From an uncultured Candidatus Saccharibacteria bacterium (GTDB lineage: Bacteria; Patescibacteriota; Doudnabacteria; UBA920), in the NCBI GenBank assembly GCA_964436545.1, contig CAYTCJ010000003.1:70041-134040 (forward strand): a stretch of 64,000 nucleotides of DNA. Direction: 5' to 3'. A model generated the notes under the pieces. That model was not told where the DNA came from. It saw nothing but the letters and a program-made list of their open reading frames with translations, and did no database searches. The translations under genes were made by a program, and so were the position numbers. Shown in pieces: positions 34,444-42,983 of this stretch. Positions within the stretch are counted from its first letter, which is position 1, and each line of letters starts with the position of its first letter.

Positions 34444-34953
34444 TTACTTTGTTGGGGCAATGGTTATGGAAAATGTTCCACCCATTTTTCTAATGGGCAC
34501 TTCGGTGCGGTAAGGATGGGTTAATAATTTAATGAAGTTATTTAATTGGTCTTTGGCAATCTCGGGAAAAGCTTGTTCGCGACCGCGCATTTTCAGTTCA
34601 ATTTTAACTACATTGCCTTCGGTCAGAAATTCATCTACTTTTTTGGCTTTCACTTCCATATCGTGCTGGCCAATGCGGGTGGAGAGCCACATGGTTTTTA
34701 GCTCGGTTTTTTTGCTTTTCTTCTTTGCTTCGCTTTCCGCCTTCTTTTGTTGGTATTTAAATTTGGCAAAGTCAATGAGTTTGCAGACCGGTGGCTGGGC
34801 TTGAGGAGCGACTTCCACTAAGTCTAAACCATGCTCGTTGGCTAAATTAATCGCTTCGGATAATTTGAAAATCCCGAGCTGTTCACCGGTTTCGGTAATC
34901 ACTCTTACCTCAGGAGCTTTAATTTGCAGGTTTATCTTAACTTTTTGTAGCAC
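34444..34953 (-). CDS. infC: translation initiation factor IF-3
   Basis: NEHGLDLVEVAPQAQPPVCKLIDFAKFKYQQKK is the IF-3 N-domain/linker. The gene order infC-rpmI-rplT is conserved. Predicted GTG start. Confidence 0.9.
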   Translation of the reverse strand: MLQKVKINLQIKAPEVRVITETGEQLGIFKLSEAINLANEHGLDLVEVAPQAQPPVCKLIDFAKFKYQQKKAESEAKKKSKKTELKTMWLSTRIGQHDMEVKAKKVDEFLTEGNVVKIELKMRGREQAFPEIAKDQLNNFIKLLTHPYRTEVPIRKMGGTFSITIAPTK

Positions 34954-35152
34954 AATTTATTTACGACGTAGAGCGAGAGAAATGATATGCTTTTCATATC
35001 ATTTTCGAGCCGAGGAGTTAATATACTTTGAATACCTCTTAGCTTGCCATGAGACTTTATAGCAGTGCCTTATCTTTGCTAAAAAAGTCTTCTACTTGTG
35101 GGAGAACTTTTATATTTTATACCAATCTATTTTAATATATTTAAGTTTTCGT

Positions 35153-35233
35153 GTCAACCCCGTTAGAAGTCGGATGCCTTAGGCATCCGCTGTCCCGATT
35201 TTACGCGGGACAGACTTCTAACGGGGTCAACCC
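35153..35233. other. Structured three-way-junction inverted-repeat element with 8-bp flanking direct repeats (MITE-like or small structured RNA)
   Basis: A 14-bp outer stem CCCCGTTAGAAGTC / GACTTCTAACGGGG encloses two perfect hairpins, GGATGCCT-T-AGGCATCC and CTGTCCCG-ATTTTACG-CGGGACAG. GTCAACCC occurs directly repeated at both flanks (35153-35160 and 35226-35233). Confidence 0.5.
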
Positions 35234-35304
35234 AGTAGGTAGAATCACCTTGTTAGATAAAAGGTTATTAGACTTGATTCATTTACACAGAATTAGCCAG
35301 ACGG

Positions 35305-36606
35305 CTAAAGGGAAAAACTAATTATAGAAGCCAGCCCGACGGCAAACATGATGGCAATAATCAGCCAGCCCATAGTTTGTTTACCCCGACTGTTAGCATA
35401 ATTGCCCATAATTTTTGGCCGAGAACTAATTTGGACAATGGGGATTAGAATAAACGGTGCCACCAGTCCGTTAATGACCGCGGAGAGAATTAAAGCTTTA
35501 ATGGGGTTTAGACCAACTAAATTTAAACTAAAACCCAACAGCATGGCAATAATAATCGTGCCGTAAAAAGCTTTGGCTTGCTTTAAAGTTTTGTACAGGC
35601 CATTTTTCCAGCCAAAAGTTTCCGCTAAAGCATAGGAGCAACTGCCGGCTAAAACCGGGATTGATAACATCCCGGTGCCTACAATCCCCACAGTAAACAG
35701 GCCGGCTGACCACTGGCCGGCTAAAGGTTTTAAGGCTAAGGCGGCATCGCCTGCCGATTGAATGTTAAAAATTTGATTCTGATTTAAAACCGAAGCTGTG
35801 GTGGCAATAATAAAGAAAGCGATTAAGTTAGAAAAAAACATCCCCACCCACACATCCAACTGCATTTTTTTTATTTCCGCCGGCAGGGTGGGGCTTTGTC
35901 TGGCTTTGAGAGTGGTTTTGCCTTCCAGAATTTCTTCTTCCACTTCTTGGGAAGTTTGCCAAAAAAATAAGTAAGGGGAAATGGTAGTGCCTAAAAAGGC
36001 GCAAAGTAGCACAATGCCGGCTGAGGAAAAAATTTCCCCATTCGGTAAAAAGCCTTTGAGAAAAATTTCTTTACCGTTTAAATTGGCATAAAAGGCGGAA
36101 AATACATAGGCGAGCAAAAAGAGCGCCAGCCATTTTAAAATTTGCGAATAGGTTTTGTAAGAGGAAAAAATTTGCAGTAACAGGCTTAAAATCACAAACC
36201 CCGAAGTGAGAAAGTAAAAATCCAAGCGGGGGAAAACCAGTCTCACGGCTTCTGCCATGGCGGCTAAATTAGCGCCAATATTAAATACGTTGGCCAAAAA
36301 GAGTAAGCCGGTTATGAAAATTAAAAAACTTTTGGGATAATATTTTTTAATGTTGCCCGCTAGGCCTCGGCCGGTCACCATGCCAATTTTGGCGCACATT
36401 TCTTGCACCATGGCCATTAAAGGAAAAGTATAGGGTGCCAGCCAAAGAAAATTAAAACCGAATTTGGCCCCGCTTTGGGCATAGGTGGTAATGCCCGAAG
36501 GGTCGTCGTCGGCTGCGCCGGTAATAAACCCGGGCCCTAAATTTTGCCAAAATTTTCCGGCTTTGCGAATGGGCTGAATGATTATGTTGGGATGTTGGTT
36601 TTTCAT
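35305..36606 (-). CDS. Nramp-family divalent metal cation (Mn2+/Fe2+) transporter
   Basis: LGPGFITGAADDDPSGITTYAQSGAKFGFNFLWL aligns to the Nramp/MntH TM1 signature (GP.F...A..DPGN..T..Q.GA.FG...LW). The protein is polytopic. Confidence 0.8.
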   Translation of the reverse strand: MKNQHPNIIIQPIRKAGKFWQNLGPGFITGAADDDPSGITTYAQSGAKFGFNFLWLAPYTFPLMAMVQEMCAKIGMVTGRGLAGNIKKYYPKSFLIFITGLLFLANVFNIGANLAAMAEAVRLVFPRLDFYFLTSGFVILSLLLQIFSSYKTYSQILKWLALFLLAYVFSAFYANLNGKEIFLKGFLPNGEIFSSAGIVLLCAFLGTTISPYLFFWQTSQEVEEEILEGKTTLKARQSPTLPAEIKKMQLDVWVGMFFSNLIAFFIIATTASVLNQNQIFNIQSAGDAALALKPLAGQWSAGLFTVGIVGTGMLSIPVLAGSCSYALAETFGWKNGLYKTLKQAKAFYGTIIIAMLLGFSLNLVGLNPIKALILSAVINGLVAPFILIPIVQISSRPKIMGNYANSRGKQTMGWLIIAIMFAVGLASIISFSL

Positions 36607-36825
36607 GAGGAAGCTTGTGTCTTTAGGATACTACATTCTACCTGAATTGCCAAAGAGGCTTAATGTGAATTTCGGGGAGCAAAATAGTGTTTTGGATGAT
36701 ATTGGGGATAAGCTAAAAATTGTGTGATTTTTGCCCATTTTTTTCGCTTGACCGCACTTTATTTGTTTGTTATCTTACATTAGATAACCAATGCAATACC
36801 CCACACTCGATACTAATTTTATTGA

Positions 36826-36868
36826 TTTTAACCCCACCCTGAAATAGGGCGTGGGGTTATTTTTTTAT
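36826..36868 (+). terminator. orphan terminator-like hairpin followed by a T-run (possible end of a small RNA or leader)
   Basis: CCCCACCC-TGAAATA-GGGCGTGGGG followed by TTATTTTTTTAT. There is no ORF of 60 aa or more upstream on this strand. Confidence 0.35.
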
Positions 36869-36989
36869 TCACATTATCAATACAAATAGTAGAGAATAAC
36901 CCTCCGAAGCTTTAGCGCAGGAGGGTACCACCTAAATAAATTACATTTATGTTCAAATTTACGAATAGTACCTGCCTGCCGGCAGGTCA

Positions 36990-37077
36990 GGCGAATCTAC
37001 AAATAACAACGAATTTTATTTTCGCATTCGTGGATTTGAAAATATTTGTAGATTTGTCTAATTTGTAGATTTGATTT
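36990..37077 (+). promoter_or_regulatory. pyr-operon upstream region with three copies of ATTTGTAGA (two direct, one inverted) and a GC palindrome
   Basis: TCTACAAAT lies at ~37001. ATTTGTAGATTTG occurs twice at 37040-37075. CCTGCCTGCCGGCAGG lies at ~36972-36990. Confidence 0.3.
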
Positions 37078-38328
37078 ATGACTTCCATTGAAGGATTCAT
37101 AGTAAATATAGATGGCGTAAAGCGTGGCCGAGTAGAAATTGGCGATAACGGCTTAATTGTGGGAATAGCCGAAGCTACCGGCAAAGCCGACATTGTTTTA
37201 AATGATGAACTGATATTTCCGGGGTTTATTGATTTGCACGTGCACGCGCGGGAGTGCACAGACCATACTTGGGATTACAAAGAGGATTTTGTGTCTGCAT
37301 CGAATTCTGCCATCAACGGGGGCGTGGTAGCCTTTGCCGATATGCCGAATAATCCCACGCCACCCATAGATGACGCGAGTTATGCGGAGAAATTAAAGTT
37401 AACCGAAAAATCAGCTGTAGAAATTTTGCTGTATGCCGGCACTAATCCCACTTCTCGGCCTTTGCAAAAATCCGTGCCTTACAAAGCCTACATTAGCAAA
37501 TCGGTGGGTGATTTATTTTTTGATTCTTTTGTCGAATTAGAACAGTTTGCGCAAACATACCAAGGCCAAAATGTAAGTTTTCACTGTGAAGATCCGGAAA
37601 TTTTAAAAGCCAATTCGCATCAAACGGCTCATGAGCTAAAGAGACCGGAAAGCGCGGAAGTTTCCGCAGTAGATATGGCGCTCCAAATGATGGAAAAATA
37701 TCATTTGCAAGGCAAGATTTGCCATGCTTCCACGCCTGAGGCCATAGAAAAAATCAAACAAGCGAGACGGAGAGGCGTAAAAGTTACTGTAGAAGTTACT
37801 CCGCATCATTTATTTTTTGACCAAACTATGGTTCAGCCGGAAGCCAAAAGCAGTTTTCAAGTCAATCCGCCGATTCGCCAATCGCCGGAAACTCGGCAGT
37901 ATTTACTTCGCGCCTTAAAACACGGCGATATAGATTTTATTGCCACAGACCATGCTCCGCATTCATTGGCAGAAAAAGCTACAGGCACCTCCGGTCTTAC
38001 TCATTTGGATACTTTTGGTCCCTTTGTTACGTGGCTGATGCAAGCGCATCAATTTACGCCTCAAGAGATTGCGCGAGTTTGTGCCTATAATCCGGCTAAA
38101 TTTTTTAACCAATTTTCTCAAAATCCATACGGCCAAATTGCTTCGGGGTTTGTGGGCAGTTTATCGATTATAGATATGAATGAGCCCATTACGATTACAA
38201 AAGATGTTTTAAAAACCAAAGCCCAGTGGTCGCCGTTTGAAGGCTTAACGTTTTCTGGCTCAGTCGCGATGACAGTTATTAAGGGCAAGGTTTATAAGAT
38301 TGATAAATCATTGGCCGAAAATTTCTAA
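37078..38328 (+). CDS. pyrC: dihydroorotase
   Basis: FIDLHVHARE is the metal-binding HxH. ATDHAPH is the dihydroorotase signature. The gene lies in an operon with carAB-pyrB. Confidence 0.85.
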   Translation: MTSIEGFIVNIDGVKRGRVEIGDNGLIVGIAEATGKADIVLNDELIFPGFIDLHVHARECTDHTWDYKEDFVSASNSAINGGVVAFADMPNNPTPPIDDASYAEKLKLTEKSAVEILLYAGTNPTSRPLQKSVPYKAYISKSVGDLFFDSFVELEQFAQTYQGQNVSFHCEDPEILKANSHQTAHELKRPESAEVSAVDMALQMMEKYHLQGKICHASTPEAIEKIKQARRRGVKVTVEVTPHHLFFDQTMVQPEAKSSFQVNPPIRQSPETRQYLLRALKHGDIDFIATDHAPHSLAEKATGTSGLTHLDTFGPFVTWLMQAHQFTPQEIARVCAYNPAKFFNQFSQNPYGQIASGFVGSLSIIDMNEPITITKDVLKTKAQWSPFEGLTFSGSVAMTVIKGKVYKIDKSLAENF

Positions 38329-38371
38329 TTAACCTATAGCTTATTAGAACAATTAAAATAATTTACAAAGT

Positions 38372-39511
38372 ATGACATCCGAATTAATTCTTAAAGACGG
38401 CACACGGTACGAAGGAGTGAGTTTTGGTGCCAATCTCCCTGCTTTTGGCGAAGTGGTGTTTATTACCGGTATGGTCGGGTATCCGGAATGTTTTACCGAC
38501 CCCAGTTTTAAGGGGCAAATTTTGGTAATGACCTATCCGCTGTTGGGAAATTACGGGGTGCCAGACAAAAAAACTTGGGAGTCAGACAGAGTTCAAATTT
38601 CCGGTTTGGTAGTGTGCAATTATATAGACACGCCGAGTCATTACACCTCTCAGCAAACTTTAGCCCAGTGGCTCAAACAACAAGGAGTGCCGGCTTTGGA
38701 AATTAAAGATACACGGGGTTTGACGCAAAAATTAAGAACACACGGAGTAATGCTGGGACGTTTTGTCATTCCGGCCAAGTCCCGACTAAATTCGGGACAC
38801 GAGCCGGAATCTAAAAAAATAGATTCCCTCCGTGGGTTGGCGGATCGCGGGAATGACAAAGAGCAAGAATTTCAGGATCCCAACCTGCGTAATTTGGTGG
38901 CTGAAGTTTCCTGTAAAAAACCTTATATGGTTGAAAACCGCAATCCTTCGACTTCACTCAGGGCAGGAAAAACTGTGGCGTTAATTGATTGCGGAGCCAA
39001 ATTTAATATTGCGCGTTCGTTAGCTAAACGGGGAGTAAAAGTGTTAGTGGTGCCCTGGCAGACCGATGTTTTGAAATTAAAACAGAAAATTCATGGTGTA
39101 ATGATTTCCAACGGACCGGGCGACCCACAAATGGCTAAAGCCACGATTGAAAATGTGAGAAAAATTTTAGCTAAAAAATTGCCCACGTTTGGGATTTGTT
39201 TAGGCAACCAGATTTTAGCACTGGCAGGCGGAGGCACCACGTATAAACTTAAGTTTGGCCACCGAGGGCAAAACCAGCCGGCGGTGTTAGCGGGCACCCA
39301 CAAAGCTTACTTAACGACGCAAAACCACGGGTTTGCCGTGGGAAAAATCCCCAAAGGTTTTAGAGAATGGTTTTATAATGGGAACGATAAGACCAACGAG
39401 GGGATTATTCACAAGAGCTTGCCGTTTATGTCGGTGCAGTTTCATCCCGAAAGCTACCCGGGCCCAACCGATACCGATTGGTTGTTTGATGAATTTATAA
39501 AAAAATTGTAA
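38372..39511 (+). CDS. carA: carbamoyl-phosphate synthase small (glutaminase) subunit
   Basis: GICLGNQILALAGGG is the class-I glutamine-amidotransferase Cys motif. HGFAV and HPE give the triad context. Confidence 0.9.
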   Translation: MTSELILKDGTRYEGVSFGANLPAFGEVVFITGMVGYPECFTDPSFKGQILVMTYPLLGNYGVPDKKTWESDRVQISGLVVCNYIDTPSHYTSQQTLAQWLKQQGVPALEIKDTRGLTQKLRTHGVMLGRFVIPAKSRLNSGHEPESKKIDSLRGLADRGNDKEQEFQDPNLRNLVAEVSCKKPYMVENRNPSTSLRAGKTVALIDCGAKFNIARSLAKRGVKVLVVPWQTDVLKLKQKIHGVMISNGPGDPQMAKATIENVRKILAKKLPTFGICLGNQILALAGGGTTYKLKFGHRGQNQPAVLAGTHKAYLTTQNHGFAVGKIPKGFREWFYNGNDKTNEGIIHKSLPFMSVQFHPESYPGPTDTDWLFDEFIKKL

Positions 39512-39536
39512 GCTATTAAGTTGTAAGTTAGTAAGT

Positions 39537-42500
39537 ATGAAAAAATTTAAAAAAATTCTTATCTTAGGCAGTGGGGCGCTTAAAATCGGCGAGGCCGGGG
39601 AGTTTGATTATTCCGGCAGTCAAGCCATTAAAGCCTTAAAAGAAGCGGGGATTAAGTCCGTGTTAATTAATCCCAATATTGCCACTTTTCAGACCTCGAA
39701 AGCTTTAGCCAACCAAGTGTATTTTTTGCCGGTAAACCCTTATTTTGTGGAACAAGTTATAAAGAAAGACAGGCCCGATGGCATCTTGTTGTCTTTTGGC
39801 GGGCAGACGGCTTTAAATTGCGGTTTGGCTTTGGAAAAATCCGGCGTATTAAAAAAATATCACGTGCAAGTTTTAGGCACGCCGGTTAAATCCATTGAGC
39901 TTACCGAAGACCGCCAAATGTTTGCCGATCATTTAAAAACCCTCAATATTCCGGTGCCGGTAAGCGGTACTGCCACCACTTTAGCCGAGGCGCAAAAAGT
40001 TGCCGAGCAGATTGGTTTGCCGGTAATGGTGCGGGCAGCGTTTACTTTGGGCGGACAAAAATCCGGCGTAGCCAAAACCGCTAAACAATTAAAGGAAATT
40101 GTGAATGGCGCTTTGGCAGTAAGTCCACAAGTGTTAATTGAAAAATATTTACATCACTATAAAGAAGTGGAATACGAAGTGGTGAGAGATAGGTTTGATA
40201 ACTGTGTGACCGTGTGTAATATGGAAAATTTTGACCCTTTGGGCATCCACACCGGAGATTCCATAGTCATTGCGCCGAGTCAGACTTTAACTAATCACGA
40301 GTACCATAGCTTAAGAGAAGCTTCCATAAAAATTGTTAAATCTTTAGGGATTGTGGGCGAATGCAACGTACAGTTTGCCTTGAATCCACGCGGACTAACG
40401 CGAAATTTAACGCGGACTAAAGCGGAAGCTGTAGGTTCCTCCCCCCTTGTGGGGGAGGCTAGGAGGGGGGATCAACCGGACTATTATGTGATTGAGGTCA
40501 ATGCCCGGCTTTCAAGATCCTCTGCGCTGGCTTCCAAAGCTACGGGCTATCCTTTGGCGTATGTGGCAGCCAAGTTAGCTTTGGGTAAAAGTTTGCTGGA
40601 AGTGCAAAATAAAATTACCCAAGTTACTCAAAGTTTTTTTGAACCGGCTTTAGACTATGTGGTGGTTAAAATGCCTCGTTGGGATTTGGAAAAATTTAAA
40701 GGTGCGGAAGAAAAAATCGGTTCGGCAATGAAGTCAGTCGGTGAGGTTATGGCGATTGGCAGAAATTTTGAAGAAGCCCTGCAAAAAGCGGTGCGAATGC
40801 AATCGGGTCAAACCGAAAGCATTACCGATAACGGTTTTGCCAATCATACTGCCATTAAAGAATTTTTAACCACTCCGACGCCTCGCCGGGTCTTTGCTGT
40901 GTCAGCAGGTTTAAAAGCCGGCATGTCAGTAAAGACGATTCATAAGTTAACCGGCATTGACCCTTGGTTTTTATACCGAATAAAAAATATTGTAGACGCG
41001 GAGAGGGAACTGATAAACCCAACCGGTAATTCCCTCCCCCCTGTGGGGACGGTTAGAGCTAGCCCCGTACTTGATACGGGGGAGAGGGTAAAGATTGAGC
41101 ATCAGACTTTGTTAAACCTTAAACGATTGGGTTTTTCCGACAAAAAAATTGGCCAGCTGTGTGGCCAGACCGAATTTGCCATTAGACGTTTGCGTAAGGC
41201 TTACCAAATTCATCCTTCCATTTTTCAAATTGATACTTTAGCCGGCGAAGTGCCGGCGCAGACCAATTATTTGTATCTTACATACCATGGCGGGCATAAC
41301 GATGTAAAACCTCTGGGTAAAAATGCGGTTTTGGTTTTAGGTAGCGGACCTTACCACATTGGCAGTAGCGTGGAATTTGATTGGTCGTGTGTGCATGCGG
41401 CTTTGCAATTAAAAAAACATCGGAAACATTCGGTAATCATTAATTGTAATCCGGAAACCGTATCTACCGATTACGATATGTCCGACCGACTGTATTTTGA
41501 AAATTTGTCTTTTGAAACCGTGGCGGATATTTTTGAATGGGAACACGCCGGGGGTTTGGTAATTTCCGTGGGCGGGCAAAGGCCTAACAATTTAGCGAAA
41601 AAATTATCCCGGGAAGGGTTTAAACTCCTTGGGACTTCGGCAGAGAATATTGACCGCGCGGAAGACCGAGTAAAATTTTCGGCTTTGTTGGATAAGCTGG
41701 GGATTTTGCAACCCAAGTGGGAAAGTTTTTCCAACTTAAAGACTGCGGAAAAATTTGCGGAAATGGTAGGTTATCCGGTTTTGGTGCGTCCGTCGTATGT
41801 GCTGTCCGGCAGTGCCATGAGCGTGTGTTATAACCAGGCTCAGCTGGAAACTTTTTTAAGTAAAGCGGTAGTCTTAGGCGCCGAGCATCCGGTGACCATT
41901 TCCAAATTTGTAGAAAACGCTAAAGAATTGGAGTTCGATGCCGTGGCGCAAAACGGCCAGTTAATGATTTATGCCATTTCCGAACACGTGGAAAATGCCG
42001 GAGTGCACAGCGGGGATGCCACGATTGTGTATCCCACGCAAAGAGTGTATGCGTCCACCGAGTTTCAGTTAAGGCAAATTGCCAAAAAAATCGCGCGGGA
42101 ATTAAAAGTAACGGGTCCCTTTAACATTCAGTTTTTAGTTAAAGATAACAAGCCTTCGGTAATTGAGGTGAATTTGCGGGCGAGTCGAACTTTTCCGCTT
42201 TTGTCCAAAGCTTTAGACGCCAATTTTCCGGAAATGGCAGTGGATGCGTTTTTTGGCAAAGCCAAAAAATTTGATTACGAATACCCCAACCGTGTAGTTG
42301 TTAAGTCGCCTCAATTTTCTTTTGCTCGGCTAAGCGGAGCAGATCCGGTGTTGCGAGTGGAAATGTCTTCTACCGGAGAAGTGGCGGCTTTTGGGCGCAC
42401 TTATGACGAAGCGTTAATTAAGTCCATTATGTCCGCGAATAATTTTAGTTTTGCCAAGAAGCAAGTGTTATTATCTTTGGGCGGGGAGTTAAATAAAGTC

Positions 42501-42893
42501 AAATTTGTGGAATCGGCTCAGATTTTACAAACTTTAGGGTATACGATTTTTGCCACCGATAGCACAGCCAAATTTTTAACCAGTCAAGGGCTTAAGTGCC
42601 AAACGGTAAAAAAGGTTTCCGAAGGTTCGCCGAATGTGGTGGATTTGGTGCAAAGCAAAACTGTGGCTTTTGTGGTAAACTTAAGTCAGCAGAGCGTAAG
42701 AACCGCCCCGAGCCGGCAACATCAACATTTAACCGACGGTTACCATATTCGGCGAGCCACGGTAGATAACCAAATTCCTTTGTTTACCGATTTGCATTTG
42801 GCCCGAGCGTTTATTAAAGCTTTAAGTAATTTTAAATTAGAAGATTTGGAAATAAAAAGTTATAAAGAATATTTAAAAAATGACAAAAGTTAA
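39537..42893 (+). CDS. carB: carbamoyl-phosphate synthase large subunit, with two in-frame GC-rich insertions
   Basis: MKKFKKILILGSGALKIGEAGEFDYSGSQA... with duplicated ATP-grasp halves. Extra segments relative to the conserved ...NPR/VIEVNARLSRSSALASKATG context lie at 40386-40492 and 41022-41092. Confidence 0.93.
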   Translation: MKKFKKILILGSGALKIGEAGEFDYSGSQAIKALKEAGIKSVLINPNIATFQTSKALANQVYFLPVNPYFVEQVIKKDRPDGILLSFGGQTALNCGLALEKSGVLKKYHVQVLGTPVKSIELTEDRQMFADHLKTLNIPVPVSGTATTLAEAQKVAEQIGLPVMVRAAFTLGGQKSGVAKTAKQLKEIVNGALAVSPQVLIEKYLHHYKEVEYEVVRDRFDNCVTVCNMENFDPLGIHTGDSIVIAPSQTLTNHEYHSLREASIKIVKSLGIVGECNVQFALNPRGLTRNLTRTKAEAVGSSPLVGEARRGDQPDYYVIEVNARLSRSSALASKATGYPLAYVAAKLALGKSLLEVQNKITQVTQSFFEPALDYVVVKMPRWDLEKFKGAEEKIGSAMKSVGEVMAIGRNFEEALQKAVRMQSGQTESITDNGFANHTAIKEFLTTPTPRRVFAVSAGLKAGMSVKTIHKLTGIDPWFLYRIKNIVDAERELINPTGNSLPPVGTVRASPVLDTGERVKIEHQTLLNLKRLGFSDKKIGQLCGQTEFAIRRLRKAYQIHPSIFQIDTLAGEVPAQTNYLYLTYHGGHNDVKPLGKNAVLVLGSGPYHIGSSVEFDWSCVHAALQLKKHRKHSVIINCNPETVSTDYDMSDRLYFENLSFETVADIFEWEHAGGLVISVGGQRPNNLAKKLSREGFKLLGTSAENIDRAEDRVKFSALLDKLGILQPKWESFSNLKTAEKFAEMVGYPVLVRPSYVLSGSAMSVCYNQAQLETFLSKAVVLGAEHPVTISKFVENAKELEFDAVAQNGQLMIYAISEHVENAGVHSGDATIVYPTQRVYASTEFQLRQIAKKIARELKVTGPFNIQFLVKDNKPSVIEVNLRASRTFPLLSKALDANFPEMAVDAFFGKAKKFDYEYPNRVVVKSPQFSFARLSGADPVLRVEMSSTGEVAAFGRTYDEALIKSIMSANNFSFAKKQVLLSLGGELNKVKFVESAQILQTLGYTIFATDSTAKFLTSQGLKCQTVKKVSEGSPNVVDLVQSKTVAFVVNLSQQSVRTAPSRQHQHLTDGYHIRRATVDNQIPLFTDLHLARAFIKALSNFKLEDLEIKSYKEYLKNDKS
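40386..40492. repeat. In-frame GC-rich hairpin insertion 1 in carB
   Basis: ACGCGGACTAA occurs twice, followed by the hairpin CCTCCCCCC-TTGT-GGGGGAGG and then AGGAGGGGGGATCAACCGG. It encodes RGLTRNLTRTKAEAVGSSPLVGEARRGDQPD. Confidence 0.5.
41022..41092. repeat. In-frame GC-rich hairpin insertion 2 in carB (related to insertion 1)
   Basis: AACCGGTAATTCCCTCCCCCCTGTGGGGACGG is followed by the hairpin CCCCGTA-CTTGA-TACGGGG. It shares CCTCCCCCCT.GTGGGG and AACCGG with insertion 1. It encodes PTGNSLPPVGTVRASPVLDTGER. Confidence 0.5.
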
Positions 42894-42902
42894 AAAAATA
42901 AT

Positions 42903-42970
42903 AAAAATGACAAAAGTTAAGACCGTAATTACAATTTAGTTTTGTCATTTTCGTCGTTTTTGTCATTCTT
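42903..42970. repeat. Intergenic repeat copy 2, between carB and pyrB
   Basis: AAAAATGACAAAAGTT...TTTTGTCATTTTCGTCGTTTTTGTCATTC. It shares a 22-bp identical block with 34360-34430. Confidence 0.6.
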
Positions 42971-42983
42971 GCTCATTTATTTT

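Noticed and set aside
34532-35062. ORFs 34532..34804 and 34838..35062 on the plus strand
   Set aside because: They are antisense to, or overlap, infC and its 5' region. They have no motifs and hydrophobic low-complexity translations, so they are artefacts.
35153-35233. tRNA at the palindromic three-way junction
   Set aside because: The 14-bp outer stem and perfect inner hairpins do not fit tRNA geometry (7-bp acceptor stem, D/anticodon/T arms). There is no conserved GTTCGA T-loop.
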